Positions 60,161 through 64,000 of a stretch of DNA of 64,000 nt are shown here, in pieces; position 1 is the first letter of the stretch, and every line of letters begins with the position of its first letter. The translations under genes and the position numbers were made by a program. The notes beneath the pieces were generated by a model, which searched no databases, had not been told where the DNA came from, and worked only from the letters and a program-made list of their open reading frames with translations. The DNA is taken from positions 2,560,001 through 2,624,000 of the forward strand of contig OZ241917.1 of assembly GCA_965203805.1 (NCBI GenBank), read 5' to 3'. This stretch comes from Candidatus Latescibacterota bacterium. GTDB lineage: Bacteria > Latescibacterota > UBA2968 > GCA-2709665.

Positions 60161-61870
60161 ATGGATACACCGATTCACGACGTGCTTCTCGTAGGCGGTG
60201 GCGCGGCGGGCTTGCGCGCCGCCATCGCCGCGGCGGAAACCGATGCCGGTCTGAACGTCGCCGTCGTCTCCAAAGTCTATCCCATGCGCAGCCACACCGT
60301 CTCGGCCGAGGGCGGCGCGGCAGCCGTCATGCGCGAGTACGACAATCTCGATCTCCACTCCTTCGACACGATCAGAGGCAGCGACTACCTGGCCGACCAG
60401 GACGTGGTCGAAGCCTTTGTAAAGGAAGCGCAGGACGAATCCATTCAGCTCGAACACTGGGGCTGCCCCTGGAGCCGGGATGAAGACGGGCGGGTCAGCG
60501 TACGGGCTTTCGGCGGGATGAGCGTCAAGCGCACCCTCTATGCGGCCGACAAAACCGGCTTCCATATGTTGCACGCCCTGTTTCAGACCTCCCTGAAGTA
60601 CAACGCGGTGACCCGGTACGACGAGTGGTTTGTCACGTCTCTTCTTGTAGACGACGGAAGGGTCTGCGGCGTGGCCGCGCTGAACATGCGCACGGGCGCC
60701 ATCCACGCGATCGGCGCGAAAACGGTGATCATCTGCACCGGGGGCGGCGGGAAGATCTTCCCGTTTACCACGAATGCCGCCATCAAGAACGGCGACGGCA
60801 TGGCCCTTGCCTACCGCATCGGGTGTCCGTTGAAAGACATGGAGTTCGTCCAGTACCATCCCACCGGTCTTCCCGGTACGGGCATCCTGATGACCGAGGC
60901 TTCGCGAGGGGAAGGCGGCTATCTGGTCAACAACAAGGGTGACCGCTATCTGAGCGAATACATCCCCGGCAAAATGGAACTGGGCCCGCGCGATATCCTT
61001 TCCCGCGCGTTCATGTATGAAATGCGGGAGGGCCGCGTTTTCGAAGGGCCCTATGGCAACTACGTCCATCTGGACCTGAGACACCTGGGCGAGAAAGTCA
61101 TCGACGAAAAGCTGCCCTTTGTCAGGGAACTGTCCAGGAACTACGTGGGGATCGATCCGGTCCAGGACGCCATCCCCGTCCGCCCGGTGGTCCACTACAT
61201 GATGGGCGGCGTCCATACCGATATCGACGGCGTCACGCCTATTCCGGGCCTCTACGCTGCCGGCGAAGCCGCATGCGTGAGCCTGAACGGCGCCAACCGG
61301 CTGGGCTCCAATTCCCTCACGGAGTGCCTCGTTTTCGGCGCCCGTGCCGGCAAAGTCGCCGCGCAGTACGCCAGCGGACAGGCGGCGCCCGGCCAGGGCA
61401 CGCTCGAGAACCTCGCCAGCGACGAGCGGATGCGCATCGAACGGACGTACCTGCAGCCGCGCAACGGCAAGGAACGCGTGGCGGACATTCGTACTGAAAT
61501 GCAGGCGGCGATGGAACGCGGCGCGGGCATCTTCCGTAATGAAGAGACGTTGAAAGAAACCTGCGAAGTCCTGAGGAACCTTCAGGAACGCTTTCGAAAC
61601 GTCGGCCTGGACGACACCTCGAGCGTATTCAACACCGAACTCACGGCGGCGCTGGAACTGGGATTCATGCTGGATGCGGCTGAAGCGCTTGCGCACGCCG
61701 CCCTGGACCGCAAGGAATCCAGGGGCTCTCACTCCCGCTCGGATTTCGAGGACCGGGACGATGAGACCTATCTCCAACACTCGTTGACCTATAAGACGGA
61801 AGCCGGCCCGCGCACCGACTACCTTCCCGTAACGATCACGCGCTGGCAACCCGAAGAGCGCAAATACTGA
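60161..61870 (+). CDS. frdA: Fumarate reductase flavoprotein
   Basis: [16 protein letters not shown] (covalent FAD His), [15 protein letters not shown]. Confidence 0.93.
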   Translation: MDTPIHDVLLVGGGAAGLRAAIAAAETDAGLNVAVVSKVYPMRSHTVSAEGGAAAVMREYDNLDLHSFDTIRGSDYLADQDVVEAFVKEAQDESIQLEHWGCPWSRDEDGRVSVRAFGGMSVKRTLYAADKTGFHMLHALFQTSLKYNAVTRYDEWFVTSLLVDDGRVCGVAALNMRTGAIHAIGAKTVIICTGGGGKIFPFTTNAAIKNGDGMALAYRIGCPLKDMEFVQYHPTGLPGTGILMTEASRGEGGYLVNNKGDRYLSEYIPGKMELGPRDILSRAFMYEMREGRVFEGPYGNYVHLDLRHLGEKVIDEKLPFVRELSRNYVGIDPVQDAIPVRPVVHYMMGGVHTDIDGVTPIPGLYAAGEAACVSLNGANRLGSNSLTECLVFGARAGKVAAQYASGQAAPGQGTLENLASDERMRIERTYLQPRNGKERVADIRTEMQAAMERGAGIFRNEETLKETCEVLRNLQERFRNVGLDDTSSVFNTELTAALELGFMLDAAEALAHAALDRKESRGSHSRSDFEDRDDETYLQHSLTYKTEAGPRTDYLPVTITRWQPEERKY

Positions 61871-61924
61871 CGACAGGACGTGAGGCGCGAAATCCGGATT
61901 CCGGAACGTCCGCAAGGGGATTTC

Positions 61925-62674
61925 ATGAGCAACGGCAAGAACATCACCATCACCGTAACCCGCTATCGCCCCGAACAGGAAGACGAACCCGTCGAACAAT
62001 CCTACGATATCGAGTTTCAGGAAGACTGGGTGGTACTGGACGGGCTGAATCACATCAAGGACCACATAGACGGATCGCTCTCCTTCCGCTGGTCGTGCCG
62101 GATGGGCGTCTGCGGCAGTTGCGGGATGATGGTCAACGGCGAGCCCAAGCTCTCCTGCGCCGCTTTCCTGCGCGACTATTACCCGGGCGAAGTCCGCGTG
62201 GAGCCCCTGAACAACTTCCCCATCGTCCGGGACCTGATCATCGACATGACCGATTTTATGGACAAACTCAAGGCGGTGCAGCCCTGGATCATCCGGGAGG
62301 AAGAAAAACCCGTTTCGGAAGGGGAGTACCTGCAGACGCCCGAGGAGCTGAAGGAATACAAGCAGTTCAGCATGTGCATCAATTGCATGCTCTGCTACGC
62401 CGCCTGCCCGGTATACGGACTCGAGACCGAGTTCGTCGGCCCCGCGGCCATTGCCCTGGGGCACCGGTACAACCTGGACTCCCGGGACGAGGGACAGGAA
62501 CGGCGTCAACACGTCATTGCAAGCACCGAGGGCATCTGGGAATGCACCTATATTGGCGAGTGCTCCGTGGTCTGCCCCAAAGACGTGGATCCCGCGGCCG
62601 CCATCCAGCGAAGCAAGGTGGCCACGACAGGCGGCTGGTTCAAATCCGTACTCCTGCCCTGGGGGAAGAAGTAA
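61925..62674 (+). CDS. frdB: Fumarate reductase iron-sulfur subunit
   Basis: [33 protein letters not shown]. Confidence 0.93.
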   Translation: MSNGKNITITVTRYRPEQEDEPVEQSYDIEFQEDWVVLDGLNHIKDHIDGSLSFRWSCRMGVCGSCGMMVNGEPKLSCAAFLRDYYPGEVRVEPLNNFPIVRDLIIDMTDFMDKLKAVQPWIIREEEKPVSEGEYLQTPEELKEYKQFSMCINCMLCYAACPVYGLETEFVGPAAIALGHRYNLDSRDEGQERRQHVIASTEGIWECTYIGECSVVCPKDVDPAAAIQRSKVATTGGWFKSVLLPWGKK

Positions 62675-62675
62675 G

Positions 62676-63086
62676 ATGATGAGCGAACAAGAGACCGAAC
62701 ACAAGGCCTACGTGCGTCGCGTACCGATCACCTGGTGGCTGCATAACCGCAGGTACTTTCTGTTTATGGTCCGGGAATCGACCAGCGTGTTCATCGCCCT
62801 GTTTATCCTGGGTTACCTGTACCAGCTCTTTCTGATCTCCAGAGGCGCGGAAGTTCACGACTTGTTTCAGGAGTCGCTCCGGTCCGTTCCCTTCGTCGTG
62901 GGCTATGTCATCGTGCTTCTGTTCGCGCTCTACCACAGCGTCACCTGGCTGGGTCTGGTATCGAAGATCCAGATCGTTCGCATCGGCCGCCTGACGGTAC
63001 CGCCCGTTCTCGTGGGGCTGGGCGCTTACCTTTCGTGGGTCGTCGCGTCGGCCGTCGTCGCCTGGATGTTTCTGAACTTGAAGTAG
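62676..63086 (+). CDS. frdC: Fumarate reductase membrane anchor C
   Basis: YVRRVPITWW..FMVRESTS..HSVTW; 3 TM. Confidence 0.9.
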   Translation: MMSEQETEHKAYVRRVPITWWLHNRRYFLFMVRESTSVFIALFILGYLYQLFLISRGAEVHDLFQESLRSVPFVVGYVIVLLFALYHSVTWLGLVSKIQIVRIGRLTVPPVLVGLGAYLSWVVASAVVAWMFLNLK

Positions 63087-63099
63087 CTTGGGGGAGACC

Positions 63100-63456
63100 G
63101 TGTACAAGGAAGACAGATCCGAACCCTTCTGGTGGGGCATGTTCTCGCTGGGCGGCGTGGTCGCCGCGCTGCTGATACCCGTCCACGTTTTCTTCATCGG
63201 GCTGGCCGTTCCGCTCGGCCTGATCGACGAGAGCCTGCTCGAATACAGCCGGATGAAATCCCTGCTTGCAAATCCCCTGGTGAAAGTCTACCTCTTTGCC
63301 CTCGTTGTCCTTCCGCTTTTTCACGCCGCGCACCGCATTCGCTTTTCGCTGCACGAAATGGGCATCCGGAGATTGCTGCTTTCGCTGGACGTCCTCTGCT
63401 ATGGCGGCGCCCTCGTGGGTACGGCCGTCACGCTGTACGTTCTGTTGGTCATTTAG
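63100..63456 (+). CDS. frdD: Fumarate reductase membrane anchor D
   Basis: RSEPFWWGMFSLGG..HAAHRI..CYG. Confidence 0.9.
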   Translation: MYKEDRSEPFWWGMFSLGGVVAALLIPVHVFFIGLAVPLGLIDESLLEYSRMKSLLANPLVKVYLFALVVLPLFHAAHRIRFSLHEMGIRRLLLSLDVLCYGGALVGTAVTLYVLLVI

Positions 63457-63525
63457 AGCCGGGTCCGAAAAGAACCTATATCCTCGGGCCGGCGAAGCCG
63501 GACGTATCGAAGTTCGAGACCGCCT

Positions 63526-64000
63526 ATGAAACCGGCATCCGTCAACCCGTCGTCGGCAGCCGCACGCAAGGTGCTTTGCTGGTGCGGCGCGTTTTCGGTT
63601 CTCTGGGCGGCCACCCACGCGGCGGGAAACCCTCCGGACACCGTCCTCGGAAAAGTGCGCGCTTCGGTTGTCGTTCTGGACGTGGAAAGAAGCGACGGTT
63701 CCCGGAACCTTGGACTGGGTTTTCTGGCCATAGACAGCCGAATTGCGGTTACGACGTGGGATCTGGTCGCCGACGCGGTCCGGGTTGTCGCGAGATTCGA
63801 ATCCGGCGAGGAATTCGGGGTTTCTGGCGTTGTCGACAAGGACGAGAAACGAAACGTCGCACTGGTTCGAATCAAGGTCTTCGGCAGACCGCTGCTCGAA
63901 TTGGCGGCACGCGATCCGGGTGACGCCGAAAGAACCTACATCGTCGACGCGGTCGAGGGGGGAACTTTCAGCCTCATTGAAGGCCGGTTGAATCCATCCG
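63526..64000 (+). CDS. Partial secreted trypsin-like (S1C) domain protein, runs off the window
   Basis: Own translation: signal peptide, VRASVVVL..GLGF..AVTTWDLV..DEKRNVALVRI. Confidence 0.6.
   Translation, partial: MKPASVNPSSAAARKVLCWCGAFSVLWAATHAAGNPPDTVLGKVRASVVVLDVERSDGSRNLGLGFLAIDSRIAVTTWDLVADAVRVVARFESGEEFGVSGVVDKDEKRNVALVRIKVFGRPLLELAARDPGDAERTYIVDAVEGGTFSLIEGRLNPS

Noticed and set aside
59984-62704. 906-aa minus-strand ORF
   Set aside because: Antisense shadow of frdA/frdB with no motifs of its own

Overview
Bacterial window in two parts. About 1-33.8 kb is an accessory/defence island: type I RM (hsdR-hsdS-hsdM), a HEPN-motif protein, a Schlafen/AlbA_2 protein, a 1269-aa SIR2 protein, Mrr and a PD-(D/E)XK protein. 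It also carries two DUF488 paralogues, several TA modules, one complete DDE IS with TIRs and TSD, a MITE, and many IS21/IS3 remnants and duplicated gene fragments. About 33.8-64 kb is visibly GC-richer and mostly metabolic or transport (class V aminotransferase, AAA/DUF4143 ATPase, TolC-MFP-RND pump, two PhyH dioxygenases, M16 peptidase, DegT aminotransferase, epimerase, deacetylase, DSD1-family enzyme, frdABCD), with smaller accessory patches. The most unusual signal is a family of tiny bulged palindromes (CCTGCCTG...CAGGCAGG, 30/33/36 nt). They nest inside each other and have inserted in frame, with no evident target duplication, into a TolC gene and next to two predicted catalytic motifs of a transposase. 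No rRNA, tRNA or CRISPR array was seen. Family calls come from motif recognition by eye, not database searches.
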